Assembly: GCA_963835575.1 (NCBI GenBank)
Contig: CAWIGG010000006.1
Span: 368,857-432,856, forward strand
Reading direction: 5' to 3'
Length of the DNA: 64,000 nucleotides
DNA from: an uncultured Spirochaetota bacterium
GTDB lineage: Bacteria; Spirochaetota; Brevinematia; Brevinematales; JAOACQ01
Positions 21,339 to 32,340 of the stretch are shown piece after piece (positions within the stretch are counted from its first letter, which is position 1; every line of letters begins with the position of its first letter). Under the pieces are notes generated by a model. The model did not search any database, was not told the origin of the DNA, and saw only the letters and a list, made by a program, of their open reading frames with translations. The translations under genes were made by a program, and so were the position numbers.

Positions 21339-23645
21339 TTATACTTTTCTTATAATCATATAGAGAACCGCGGTTAAAGAGTAAACGATTGCCGATAAAA
21401 TCAGCAGGGACGAAAATCCGTAAATCATTGAAATAATAATGGAAGAAACAACGGCAAGGGTCGAAAAGCTGCCATCCACCGCGAACATGATGCCGGCAGA
21501 CCTGTCGCTGAAGACCTCCTTGGCCTTTGCGATAATTCCCGGGAATGGGATCCCGAGGAGGAAAAATATAGGAAACAAAAAAATACCGGACAAAAGCAGC
21601 CTCAGCGCCAGCGGGAGGTTCAGCAGATTATACGCGAAGCCGTTTATGAGGAAATAATAGGCGACAAGAGCAAAAGGGATCAGTCCCACAAGGATCATTG
21701 AAATCTTTTTGTTTAACTTCGCGCTGAAATATCCGCCTATGCCGGCCGAAAGAAGGATCGCTCCGACATTAAAAGTCAGCGAGTAAATAGGGCTTCCGAG
21801 CACAAGATTGAATTTCTGGATAAGATATGTTTCGAACATCATAAAAGAGAGGCCGGTGCACGCGAAAAATAAGACAAAGAGCGGCGTTTTTATTCTCCGG
21901 AGGTTTCTGTCAATAAAAATGATAAGCACGACCGGAAGGCAGATGAGAAGAAGCATCAGCATAATAAAATCCTTTGCCACATTTCCCGCGAAGGTATGTT
22001 TTTTGTCGAATTCATTGAAGTAAGGCCTGTCGTCATAGGTGGGATGAATATCATTTTTAAACGCATTGATGACATCATTCCTGTTTTTTGAATCGATCAG
22101 ATACGAAAATGACTTGTTTTCAATGGATTCATTTTCAGGATAAAGCTCTGTATGCGTATTCCCGATGCACTCTTTTATTGCCGCGATCTCAGCGTCTGTG
22201 AACGGCGACTTCTTCATAAGGAGAAAGCCTCTTACCGCTCCGGGAAATACCAGGGATTTTTTCGGGTTCTCGGCCGCGATAAAAAGATGCTTCCCCGGCT
22301 CTTTAAATCCGGATTTTTCAAGGGCTTCCAGTGCGGTCGCCGTAAGCCTGAGGAGCTCGGGCTTCCTTCCCTTGCCGACCGACACCCATTTGTTGATATA
22401 AACAAGGCCGTTATCGGTCAGCGCGTTGAGATAATCGCGGAGCGCCTCCACCGTATAGAGATAATATTCCATGAAGACCTGTGAATTCGGGAACGCGATA
22501 TTAAGATCGGTGAAATTCATAAGGATAACGTCATAGGCGTTCCTGTAATTTTTAACGAAAGCCCGGCCGTCGATGACCCTGATATCCGCCTTGCCGTACA
22601 CGTCCGAGCTCGTTTTGCTGAGTTCCCGCCGCATGATATCCACAATGGCGGGATCGATCTCAACGCCGTCAGGCCGTTTGCAGTTGTTGCCGCGGGCTAT
22701 GGCGATATCGGCCCCGCCGCCGGTGCCCATGATCAATGTCCTGGGTTCCTTGTATAAAACATAGGCCGGATGCCTGAAATGCGCGATGTCCGAAATCGGG
22801 ACATAACTGAAGTACAAATCGTTTTGATAAAGATAAACCCTTTTACCTGTGTACGGACTGTCCCAGAGTTTTTTTGCGCTCTCGACGGCGTCTATGCGCG
22901 AAATAAGGCTCCATTTTTTATAAAGATGGACGCTGGTTTTATCCTTGAGGATGCCATGCGCCGTGAGGAGCGGGTCCTGATCGCCTTTGGCTGAAAGCGG
23001 CATCATCCTGATGATATCGATCTTATCTGTAGAGAGATTATACGCCAAGACCGACGCGATTGCCGCAAAGACCAGTATCTGAAATCCGGCCGCGATGACG
23101 CGGAATTTCGGAAAAGAGATTTTGTTCAAGCATGCTGTTACCCCGGCTAGTGATGCGATGACCGCGCTGAGGATGATGCTGTTCTCCCCGCCGATCATGG
23201 GAAAAATGAAAAACGATACCGCCACTCCGAGGCCCGCGCCGGCCAGGTTGTAAAAATAAATCCGGTTTGAGCGGCCGATGATGAAAAAATAAGTGATGAT
23301 GACGCTTGAAACAAAAAACACAAAGGCCGCTGATAAGATGATTATGATCTGCTGGGCGTAAAAGATTAAAACATAAAAGGAAAGAAAAACGGAAAAAGGA
23401 AACAGGAGAAGGAAAACAAAATGCGCGATCCTGCTTTTGCCCATGAGGTAGGAAAATACGGCGCCCGCCCCCATGCCGAGCATAGCCGCGGGAATAATGG
23501 TAATGGCGTTGTAATACCGGATAAAAAGCAGGATGCGGGGAAAGGTTATCTCGAAAAAAAGAGAAGCGAAAGACACAAGAAAAACGGAAACGCCGGTCAG
23601 TATGACATTAGCATTGCCGGATTGTGCCGGCGTGTTGTTTTCCAT
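21339..23645 (-). CDS. Membrane protein with spermidine-synthase-like SAM-dependent domain
   Basis: Multi-TM N- and C-termini; 'LIMGTGGGAD', 'GVEIDP', 'IDGRAFV', 'TYDDRPYF'. Confidence 0.85.
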   Translation of the reverse strand: MENNTPAQSGNANVILTGVSVFLVSFASLFFEITFPRILLFIRYYNAITIIPAAMLGMGAGAVFSYLMGKSRIAHFVFLLLFPFSVFLSFYVLIFYAQQIIIILSAAFVFFVSSVIITYFFIIGRSNRIYFYNLAGAGLGVAVSFFIFPMIGGENSIILSAVIASLAGVTACLNKISFPKFRVIAAGFQILVFAAIASVLAYNLSTDKIDIIRMMPLSAKGDQDPLLTAHGILKDKTSVHLYKKWSLISRIDAVESAKKLWDSPYTGKRVYLYQNDLYFSYVPISDIAHFRHPAYVLYKEPRTLIMGTGGGADIAIARGNNCKRPDGVEIDPAIVDIMRRELSKTSSDVYGKADIRVIDGRAFVKNYRNAYDVILMNFTDLNIAFPNSQVFMEYYLYTVEALRDYLNALTDNGLVYINKWVSVGKGRKPELLRLTATALEALEKSGFKEPGKHLFIAAENPKKSLVFPGAVRGFLLMKKSPFTDAEIAAIKECIGNTHTELYPENESIENKSFSYLIDSKNRNDVINAFKNDIHPTYDDRPYFNEFDKKHTFAGNVAKDFIMLMLLLICLPVVLIIFIDRNLRRIKTPLFVLFFACTGLSFMMFETYLIQKFNLVLGSPIYSLTFNVGAILLSAGIGGYFSAKLNKKISMILVGLIPFALVAYYFLINGFAYNLLNLPLALRLLLSGIFLFPIFFLLGIPFPGIIAKAKEVFSDRSAGIMFAVDGSFSTLAVVSSIIISMIYGFSSLLILSAIVYSLTAVLYMIIRKV

Positions 23646-24126
23646 TCAGCAAACCTCAAAGATTGAATCCTTGCTTTAGTACATGCTTTAAATATCACTA
23701 TAGAAGCGACCGGTATATTTTAAGTGGAACGGCGGGTTTCGTCCAGATTTGAGTTGTTTTTCTTTCACGGAGTTGTATTAAATATACGGGCTTGATTATC
23801 GTATGGTCACACGGACAGGAAGGTCAACAGGAAAAATAATAATGAAAAAAGTGCGAATTGAGTTTTGGGGCTGATAGTTCGAGTTTTACTATATATGGGA
23901 AAAGACGCCTAGGTTTGAATATACCTTACTAAAGATCATTTCAGCTGTCCGGGGCCACTCAGATTCCCCATTAAAAAGGCAAATTAGGGCCATGAGATTC
24001 CCAGGGTCAGGGCCACCACATTCCTCACTTTTTAGCATCCAGGACCATGTGATTCCCCGCCTATCTTTTCCTGTTCAGAAACTAAAAAATCAAACATACT
24101 CTCCGTAAAAAACCGGAGGGGAATGA

Positions 24127-25655
24127 ATGGGTTACAGATTTATGAACGATCAGGATTACTATGACATTTACAGGCGATGGAAAGTCGACCAAAGCATCAG
24201 TGAAATTTCCGAACAGGAAAGCAGGGATAGAAAGACAATCCGCCAGGCTATTCAGAAAATCATGGAGAATGGCTTTGAAAAGGATGGAGAAGCAATAAGC
24301 AGGGAAGAATTTCACCTGAAACACCCCTTTGTAGGGCCTCCAAAAAAAGCATACTTGAACGATATAAAGAGGAGCTGTACGGGCTTATAAACGATCCGAA
24401 AAATGGGATGAAACCCAAGACAGCTTTTGAAGTCGTCTGTATAAGGCATAATCTGGACATAAGCCATACAAGTTTCAAGAGATTCTCGATAAAGAGCGGC
24501 CTTACAGCAAAGGAATTAAAGGAAACCATCAGGATTGAAACGGAGCCTGGCCAGGAGATCCAACTTGATTATGGTAGGGCAGGAACACATGATCACCTGG
24601 GGCATAACAAGATTGTACAGTCTTTTATCGGAATAATGTCGAGTTCAAGGCTGACGTTTGTTCAATATGTCTTTTCACAAAATCAAGAATCATTTGTAGA
24701 AAGCAATATCGATATGCTGGAGTTTTATGGCGGTGTGCCTGTAAGAATATCCCTGGACAATCTGAAAACCGGCATCATATCACCGGACCTTTACGATCCT
24801 AAATATAATCAGGCTTATGCTGATTACACGGAGTATTACAATACATTTCTTGATCCATGCAGAGTAAGGAAACCAAAGGATAAAGCCAAGATAGAGAGAA
24901 TGGTCCCTGTAGCCAGGGAGCTGTTCAAAAAGCTTAAAGCACTTAATCCCGGAGCTTCATTAAAGGAATTAAACATAAAAACCCTTGAATGGTGCAGGCA
25001 TGAATACGGGATGAGAGACCACGGAACAACCGGCTTGAAACCAATGGAGGTATTTGAAACGATTGAGAAGCCCCTGCTTAAGAAGCTTCCTGAAGAAAGA
25101 TTTAAGACTCCCATATGGAAAAAGGCCAAGGTACACCCTGATCAGTTTGTCCAGTTCGAGAAAAAGAGGTATTCCCTGCCTCCCAGGTATCGGGGTGAGG
25201 AAGTCTTTGTCAGGAGAACCGGCAATTTAGTTAAGATTTTCTATCAGTACAAACTCATCCGGGAATTTGTTGTGCCAAGAGGACACGCGGCATATGAGAA
25301 GACAGATTTTCCGGAGAATACAAGGGAGATGCTATCCGGAGGGTATCCAAAGTATATTCCGGACCAATCAAGGAAATACGGAGAATCTGCGTACCAGTTG
25401 ATCTTTCAAATCCTTGCTGTTCATGCTAATCTGAATTGCCGGAGGGCACTGGGATTCTTAAGTGTTATGGAAAAATTCTCGAAAGAAGGATATTTCAATA
25501 AGGTCTGTGAAAGAGCAAAATCAGCAAAGATAACCGATCCCAAAATATTCAAATGCTGGATGGAAAATGAAGGCAAGGTTAAACAGGATAGCCTGTTTGA
25601 AATTTCAGAAGAAGGGTCTGAAATGACCAGGGACGGCAGCTATTACTTTCAATAA
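24127..25655 (+). pseudogene. istA: IS21 transposase IstA, frameshifted
   Basis: Split ORFs 24127-24390 and 24408-25655; 'PGQEIQLDYG', 'DNLKT', 'PKDKAKIER'. Confidence 0.85.
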
Positions 25656-26111
25656 AGAAAATGAGGAGGAAATATGGAACATCAGAATCAGCTTGAGGCA
25701 AACCTGAGGAGGTTAAAACTTTCGGGGATGCTATTCAACCTTCCTATGCGTATCAGGGAAGCGCAGGAATCAAACCTGGACTATGGAGAATTCTTCTACC
25801 TGTTAGTTCAGGAGAGATAATAACATGCTCAAAAAGAGGCTGAGAGAAGCGAAGTTCGGCCAGGAAAACACTTTCGAGGGGTTTGATTTTAATTTCAATG
25901 AGAGTGCTATCCCTTCAAGACTAATCCGGGAAATCGCGTCCTGCCATGAGACAGTTTGTCGTCATCGCCGGGCCTCCCGGCATAGGTAATTATCGAAAGT
26001 TTTTGTTTATGGAAAGAAATAGACGAATATATAGATTTTAAGCCATATTTACTTTTATTTCTTTCCATAACACCTCACAATAGATTATATAGAATAATCT
26101 TGGAGGTGCTT

Positions 26112-27359
26112 ATGAAAACAAAGATTTCCATTGGAGAACTGGTCGCTAAGGTATTAGCAGAACTTGAAAGGCTGCATTATGCTTATATCACGATTTGTGG
26201 TTTTCGTGCCTTTTACAAGCAAGTTATTATTTTTGCAAACGAAAGGAAAGAACCATATTTTTCAGAAGGACTTGGAAGAGAATTTCTGAAAGGAAAGTAC
26301 AATTGTTCAATCAACTATTATACTGAAGCTATGCCTAAAAAATTCAAGAACATTATTCGAAAAATAAGGGTGTTAGGCGATTTCCAGCTTCATGGCGTAG
26401 TGATTCGAAGAATTGTAAAGAAACCAGGATATGTAAAACCACCACAGTTCGAAAAAGCACTTAGAGACTATGAAAAAGAGTGCGAAGATAACGAATATTC
26501 AAGAAGAGGTCTGAGAACACGCACACAACGTCTTTTCTTTTTTATCGATTATCTTGATTCTCTTGGAATTCAAAACCTAAATGATATTACAGCAGAAATC
26601 ATTTCTGATTATGTCAAAACGATTTATGCCCATCATGAAAAGAGCATGGCCTCAATCCTAACAACACTGAGGGTATTTTTACGATTTCTTTACCTGAACC
26701 GGTATACTCAGGAGGACTTATTATTGAAAGTCCCCAAACAAAAGAAGTACTATTACCCTTCTATACCTTCTGTATGGAAACAGGAAGATGTGGTTCGTAT
26801 GTTGGAAAATATCGATAGAGGGAATCCAACCGGCAAGAGAGATTATGCCATCCTTCTTCTGGCTTCGCGTCTTGGAATTCGAGTAGGTGATATCAAATCC
26901 TTAAAATTGAATGAATTAAATTGGAAATCAAAAACCATAGTGATTAAACAGAATAAAACAAAAAACATTGTAGCATACCCAATTCTGAAAGACATCGGCT
27001 GGGCATTAATTGATTATCTGCGGAATGCACGCCCTGTAAGTGATTCGCCATTTGTATTTTTACGCATGAACGCACCTTATGAAGCATTTAGTAAGAATGC
27101 CAATCTGTATAATATCATAACAAAGCATACAAGAAACGCAGGAATTGCTATACCCAGAGGGAAACGGCATGGTTTGCATTCTCTGCGACATACATTAGCA
27201 AGCACTTTGCTTGAACAAGGGACTCCTTTGCCTGTAATATCAGAAGTTCTAGGGCATATCAACTCTAAGTCCACAGGAGTCTACTTACAGGTAGGAATTG
27301 AAGGCTTAAAGCAATGTGCACTTGATCCTGAGGAGGTATTTAAAGATGTCTCAAGATAA
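26112..27359 (+). CDS. RIT tyrosine recombinase A
   Basis: 'RDYAILLL..LGIR', 'HSLRH', 'LGH', catalytic Tyr in 'TGVY'. Confidence 0.9.
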   Translation: MKTKISIGELVAKVLAELERLHYAYITICGFRAFYKQVIIFANERKEPYFSEGLGREFLKGKYNCSINYYTEAMPKKFKNIIRKIRVLGDFQLHGVVIRRIVKKPGYVKPPQFEKALRDYEKECEDNEYSRRGLRTRTQRLFFFIDYLDSLGIQNLNDITAEIISDYVKTIYAHHEKSMASILTTLRVFLRFLYLNRYTQEDLLLKVPKQKKYYYPSIPSVWKQEDVVRMLENIDRGNPTGKRDYAILLLASRLGIRVGDIKSLKLNELNWKSKTIVIKQNKTKNIVAYPILKDIGWALIDYLRNARPVSDSPFVFLRMNAPYEAFSKNANLYNIITKHTRNAGIAIPRGKRHGLHSLRHTLASTLLEQGTPLPVISEVLGHINSKSTGVYLQVGIEGLKQCALDPEEVFKDVSR

Positions 27360-28329
27360 AATTATGTTCTCCAGCAATCTCAGAGAGCTTTTAGATGGAT
27401 ATGTAAAAGAGCAGCGCGCAGTTGGTTACAAATACATCAAAGGGGCTGCCCTTCTTAAGCAGCTTGATAGCTATCTTGAAAGGAATCATCTGGCAGAAAA
27501 AAAGCTTTCGAAAGAAATGGTGCTTTCATGGACGGGGAAAAACCCTAATGAAACAGATAGAACAAGAATTGGGAGGATCTCAATTGCGAGAGGATTTGCA
27601 AAATATATGGTTCGTCTCGGCTATGAAGCATATATCTATCCGGCTGCGGCCGTTACAATGGAAAGATATTATTATGTTCCATATATTTTCTCAGAAAGAG
27701 AAATGCGCAGTATCTTTATTGTGAGTGATAATTATCCTGTTTCCGATATTTCGCCTAATCGTCATCTCGTCTTGCAGCTCATTATACGAATGTTATATGG
27801 ATGCGGACTTAGAATCTCTGAAGCTTTAAACTTAAAACTGGATGATGTGGATCTGGGAAAGGGAATCCTTTATATACGAGATGCTAAGTTTGGAAAGGAA
27901 AGAATGGTCCCAATGGCAGAAACATTAATGGAAAGATGCCGCCATTATTCATATGAAGTACATAAGTACGATAAAGCTGATACTTATTTTTTCCCTTCTC
28001 CATTTGGAGGGCATTACAATGAAGCTACCATATACTGGCTTTTCAGAAATTTGCTTTGGAAAGCCGGCATTTCCCATAGTGGAAAAGGTCCAAGACTTCA
28101 TGATTTGAGACATACTTTTTCAGTTCATTGTTTAAAGAAGTGGGTATTAAAGGGAGCAGATCTTGCTCAACTTCTGCCATATCTCTCAACTTATTTAGGT
28201 CATGTTGATTTAAGAGGTACACAACACTATCTAAGACTTACTGCTGATTTATATCCAACAATCATAGCATCTGTGGAAGAAAACTTTTCATTTTTAATAC
28301 CGGAGGTTGAATCCCATGAAACAAACTGA
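27346..28329 (+). CDS. RIT tyrosine recombinase B
   Basis: 'GCGLRISEAL', 'RLHDLRHTF', 'LSTYLGH...TQHYL'. Confidence 0.9.
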   Translation: MSQDKIMFSSNLRELLDGYVKEQRAVGYKYIKGAALLKQLDSYLERNHLAEKKLSKEMVLSWTGKNPNETDRTRIGRISIARGFAKYMVRLGYEAYIYPAAAVTMERYYYVPYIFSEREMRSIFIVSDNYPVSDISPNRHLVLQLIIRMLYGCGLRISEALNLKLDDVDLGKGILYIRDAKFGKERMVPMAETLMERCRHYSYEVHKYDKADTYFFPSPFGGHYNEATIYWLFRNLLWKAGISHSGKGPRLHDLRHTFSVHCLKKWVLKGADLAQLLPYLSTYLGHVDLRGTQHYLRLTADLYPTIIASVEENFSFLIPEVESHETN

Positions 28330-29338
28330 TTTAGCGAAGACACTGACCCAATATTTATCACAATATCTCCCTGGGCAGAGAAATGTCAGCACAAATACAA
28401 TTATGTCATATCGGGATACATTCAAACAGTTACTGATATTCTGTGATACTGAAATGAATATCAGTCCGGAATACCTGACTCTTAGCAAGATTAAAGCAGA
28501 GACAATACAAAACTTCCTGTTTTGGCTTGAAAAATCAAAGAGGATCTGCATTAATACACGCAACCAACGTTTGGCGGCTATTCATAGTTTTTATCGGTAT
28601 GTGCAGACAGAAAATCCTGAATTCATATTTGAATGTCAGAAGATTTTAGGTATCCCATTTAAAAAGCGCGAAATCAAAACAATTGATTATCTGCACCAGG
28701 ATAGCCTAAAGGTTCTATTCGAGCAGCCAGATACAAACACACAAAAAGGACGGCGTGATTTAACAATGATGGTTCTTCTTTATGACACCGGAGCTCGTGT
28801 TCAAGAATTAATCGAATTAAAAGTAGGAGATATCCGCCTTGCGAAACCAGCTACTATACTATTAACAGGTAAAGGCAGAAAAATGAGAGCTGTTCCCATT
28901 ATGGGTAAAAGCTGTGACTTATTAAAGAATTATCTGGAAGAGAATCATTTATTGGATAACGGGAAACAGAATTATCCTCTATTCTATAATAGTAACAGGC
29001 AACCTTTCACACGGCCCGGGATAACTTATATTTTGGAGAAGAATCTTAAAAAAGCAAAAGACCTAAACCCCAATATTCTGTTTCCTGATAAATTGAAACC
29101 TCATATGATGAGACATACGAAGGCTATTCATTTGTTAGAAGCTGGAGTTAATCTGATTTATATAAGAGATTTGCTGGGTCATGTAAATGTAAGTACAACA
29201 GAACTTTATGCCAGAACAAACTCAGAACTTAAGAGAAAAGCATTGGAATCTGCTTATATGGAAGTTGTTACGCAAGATGTTCCTGTTTGGGATGAAGATA
29301 TAGATTTATTGAATTGGTTGCGGGAGTTCTGTAGATAA
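28316..29338 (+). CDS. RIT tyrosine recombinase C
   Basis: 'TGARVQEL', 'PHMMRHTKA', 'IRDLLGH..STTELYA'. Confidence 0.9.
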   Translation: MKQTDLAKTLTQYLSQYLPGQRNVSTNTIMSYRDTFKQLLIFCDTEMNISPEYLTLSKIKAETIQNFLFWLEKSKRICINTRNQRLAAIHSFYRYVQTENPEFIFECQKILGIPFKKREIKTIDYLHQDSLKVLFEQPDTNTQKGRRDLTMMVLLYDTGARVQELIELKVGDIRLAKPATILLTGKGRKMRAVPIMGKSCDLLKNYLEENHLLDNGKQNYPLFYNSNRQPFTRPGITYILEKNLKKAKDLNPNILFPDKLKPHMMRHTKAIHLLEAGVNLIYIRDLLGHVNVSTTELYARTNSELKRKALESAYMEVVTQDVPVWDEDIDLLNWLREFCR

Positions 29339-30108
29339 TTATTATGGAAAGATTTTTAGCTAATTTGATTTGATTTTATTGTTCTTAGTTTAAGATCTTT
29401 CCATAAACAAAAACTTTCGATAATTCCCCTTATGGAAAGCTTTCCATAAAGGTAAAACTCATATTTCAAAGGCAGTCGGCCATGAAGCCTGTAGGAGAGG
29501 CTATACTGTCATCTTTAAGAAAGACGCCGCTCTTTTTGAAAACTTGAAAAGTGAAAAGATTATGTTCAAAAATACTCTTTTCAGGAAGTGTATTAAAACA
29601 GACCTCCTGATCATAGACGATTTCGGATTCAAAAAACTCAACAATGAAGAAACGGAATGCCTATACCGGATTGTCGATGAAAGGCTTGGAAACAGGTCTA
29701 TTATTCTAACAAGTAACCGGCCTCTGAAGGACTGGCTGGCAATATTCCCTGATCCTGTGGTTGGAGGGGCTATGCTTAACCGGCTTGTTTCAGGTTCGAT
29801 TAAAATCCTGGTAAAATCCAAAGATGGAAAATCTTTCCGGAAAGAGGGTAAACTTATTTGAATGTTTTCGGATATTCATCTAAAATCATAAACGATGTTT
29901 TTTGGGAAAATTGACGTAATAGTTCGTAAAACAGGCTGAAATGAGTTTATAATATGAACAAGTTCGCCGTTGTAAGCAAGCCTGGCCGAAGTTGAATAAT
30001 GAAATATATCCAGCCGTCCTTGGTGGGCCGGATAATAGGATAATAAATAAAATTTACAGTTTTCTAAAATTCAATGTTATATTTTTAAAAAAAACTTGGA
30101 GTTTATAC

Positions 30109-30822
30109 ATGCTATCTCGAAATCTCATATTATTAATTTTAGTATCAGTAATTTGTCTTTCTATCCAAAAATTATACGGGCAAGAGAATAATTCATTTGT
30201 TACTAATAGTATTTCAACAAACTTTATTGAAACTAATGGTAATACTAAGATCGTTAGTAATGAACTACATCCAAAAGAATATAAATGGTATATAGGTTTA
30301 TGTCCTCTTGGATTGCTGTTCTCATTTATCCCATTTCCACCAGGTTCAAAAAATGCTGAAGTTCAGCCTGGGTATGGCTTTGAATCTGAATATCGGTTTG
30401 ATACTTTGAATTCAATTGCTATAATGCCGTCTATTTGTAAATTTACTGGGGTATTTTCAGATATGTTAGACCAGAGTCCATTCCCAGGTTATATATGGCA
30501 ATATTCAATTGGTATATGTTATCAAAGATATATTTGGGGAAATTTATATATATTGGCTGGGCTTTCTCCACAGCTTGTTACTTATTATAATAATGATAAT
30601 AAAATTCTTGCTAATGGTTTCCAATTGTATATATCTGTAAATTTGGGTTACCGGTTTGATTTTGACTTTTATAAGGTGCCTTTTTATATTAAGATATTTT
30701 TTGATGCTGAATACATGGCGTATAATAATAACGTTCCACAAAATTTTCAAGAAATTATGAATAAGTCAAGTCGGTTTACTATAATACCAATTCCTGGGAT
30801 AGAGTTAGGTTTAAGATTTTAA
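30109..30822 (+). CDS. AT-rich passenger gene, possible outer-membrane beta-barrel
   Basis: Signal peptide, alternating aromatic strands, C-terminal 'ELGLRF'. Confidence 0.6.
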   Translation: MLSRNLILLILVSVICLSIQKLYGQENNSFVTNSISTNFIETNGNTKIVSNELHPKEYKWYIGLCPLGLLFSFIPFPPGSKNAEVQPGYGFESEYRFDTLNSIAIMPSICKFTGVFSDMLDQSPFPGYIWQYSIGICYQRYIWGNLYILAGLSPQLVTYYNNDNKILANGFQLYISVNLGYRFDFDFYKVPFYIKIFFDAEYMAYNNNVPQNFQEIMNKSSRFTIIPIPGIELGLRF

Positions 30823-31329
30823 AAGGTCAGAGAATTATTTTCAGATATAATTCCAGACAAACTGGGGAATCAGAATCACGCAATCCGGATTACTGATACG
30901 TTTCCTTCTACAAGTTGATCCCCAATGATGCCATTTTCTTGAAATTTTAATTTTATTAATATTGGAAGGTAATACTATTTGACCGTTTTCTGATTTTCAT
31001 CTAAAATCAAGAACGGTATTTTTCAGGAAAAGGTGGGGAATCTCATGGCCCTGCCACTGGGGAATCTACCCGGTCCTCGACATTTCAACTAAAATCCAGA
31101 TTAAAATATATCGCAACTATCCAATCATTACCTAATGATATAGCTGTTTATAATAGGAAGCCGATAGTAATAATGCAATCTTGGATAGATGAAGGATTAC
31201 TGATTCATGATGAAGATGGCTTTCATAAACAATCAATAAAGATAACTTTAATATGAAATGACAAATATTGGTATGTCGCCAGCATTTATGACAAAACTAA
31301 CTCAAAGGGAATGGCCGGTGTAACACTAT

Positions 31330-31746
31330 TTATAACAAACTACCTGAAACAGTCGCCGTATCTGAATCACTAGAGCTTTGATATAATGAATAACTATCTG
31401 ATGGATTCTTTTTGTAATAAATGTTTACTTGTACTATTCCAGAATCATCTAGATTTTGCGCTGAAAGATAGACAGTTAAATCTAGGTCAGGGGACGGATC
31501 CGTACCGCAATAAACCTGGAATTCTGTTGACCATGGAGTAGAATCTCCGTCCTCTTCATAATAATTTCCATCGGAATCCTCAAAAACAATGTCTACATCG
31601 TATGTTGTCCCTACTACTTCATATTTAATGTAGTAATTTCCATCCCAATCATCAGAGCTTGTATCTGTAACAGGCTGCCAGCCAGGCTCCCTAAAAGAGC
31701 AGCTTGAAAATAGTAAGAAAAAGAAAATTAATAAAACTTGTTTCAT
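31330..31746 (-). CDS. Hypothetical lipoprotein
   Basis: Lipobox 'FSSC'; acidic, Ser-rich. Confidence 0.65.
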   Translation of the reverse strand: MKQVLLIFFFLLFSSCSFREPGWQPVTDTSSDDWDGNYYIKYEVVGTTYDVDIVFEDSDGNYYEEDGDSTPWSTEFQVYCGTDPSPDLDLTVYLSAQNLDDSGIVQVNIYYKKNPSDSYSLYQSSSDSDTATVSGSLL

Positions 31747-31826
31747 AAATCCTCTAAATCATTAATATTCTAAGCCCGTCTAATACAAAGTTTCAATCTA
31801 AAGGAGCGTCAACAAGTTTGGAATGC

Positions 31827-32303
31827 TTACTTCTTATGTTTGTCTTTTCCATTCGAAATTCGCACACTTTCACTCATTGAAATGATCTCTTGCGCCTGTT
31901 GTGAAGGCGTTAAAAGAGCATTAACCTTTTCCATCTCATTTATTCTGACATTCCTTATCTTTTGATTATCAATTTTCAATGCTTTCAGTATGTTCGTTAA
32001 ATCATTATCGGAAGCACCGGATTTAACTTTGTATTTAAGGATTTCAATATCTGCTTTATTTTGTTTCATCAATAATCTGATATTTGTTCTTGATTCAGCA
32101 TAAATAGCCTTGATTTTTGCAACCTGATCATCGCTCAAATTAAGCCGTTGTTTCATATCAGATATTCTGTCTCCTTCATGCAATACATTTTTTTCTTTAT
32201 GAGCGCAGGAAAATAAAGAAACACAAAAAACTGCACTCAGAACAATACCGGCCGCAATAAAACGATTTTTAATGATATTCATACAGATATTCCTCTTATT
32301 CAT
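31827..32303 (-). CDS. Spy/CpxP-like lipoprotein
   Basis: 'LNLSDDQ' and 'LLTPSQQ' LTxxQ motifs; lipobox 'LFSC'. Confidence 0.75.
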   Translation of the reverse strand: MNKRNICMNIIKNRFIAAGIVLSAVFCVSLFSCAHKEKNVLHEGDRISDMKQRLNLSDDQVAKIKAIYAESRTNIRLLMKQNKADIEILKYKVKSGASDNDLTNILKALKIDNQKIRNVRINEMEKVNALLTPSQQAQEIISMSESVRISNGKDKHKK

Positions 32304-32340
32304 ATTATAACATAATAAGGATCTTATTCTAAATAAAGAT

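Larger units (their letters stand above)
25990..29449 (+). mobile_element. RIT element (recombinase in trio)
   Basis: Three overlapping tyrosine recombinase genes; ~30-bp perfect IR AATTATCGAAAGTTTTTGTTTATGGAAAGA; AGGTAA on both flanks. Confidence 0.9.
25674..29861 (+). pseudogene. istB: IS21 helper ATPase IstB, frameshifted and split by RIT
   Basis: 'LRRLKLSGM' start; Walker A GPPGIG|KTH split at 25989/29450; 'DLLIIDDFG', 'SIILTSN'. Confidence 0.85.
23946..31082 (+). mobile_element. IS21-family element carrying a RIT insertion and a passenger gene
   Basis: TG...CA ends with IR TGTCCGGGGCCACTCAGATTCCCCA / TGTCGAGGACCGGGTAGATTCCCCA; subterminal GATTCCCC repeats; near-perfect 7-bp TSD TTTCAGC/TTTCAAC. 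Confidence 0.85.
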
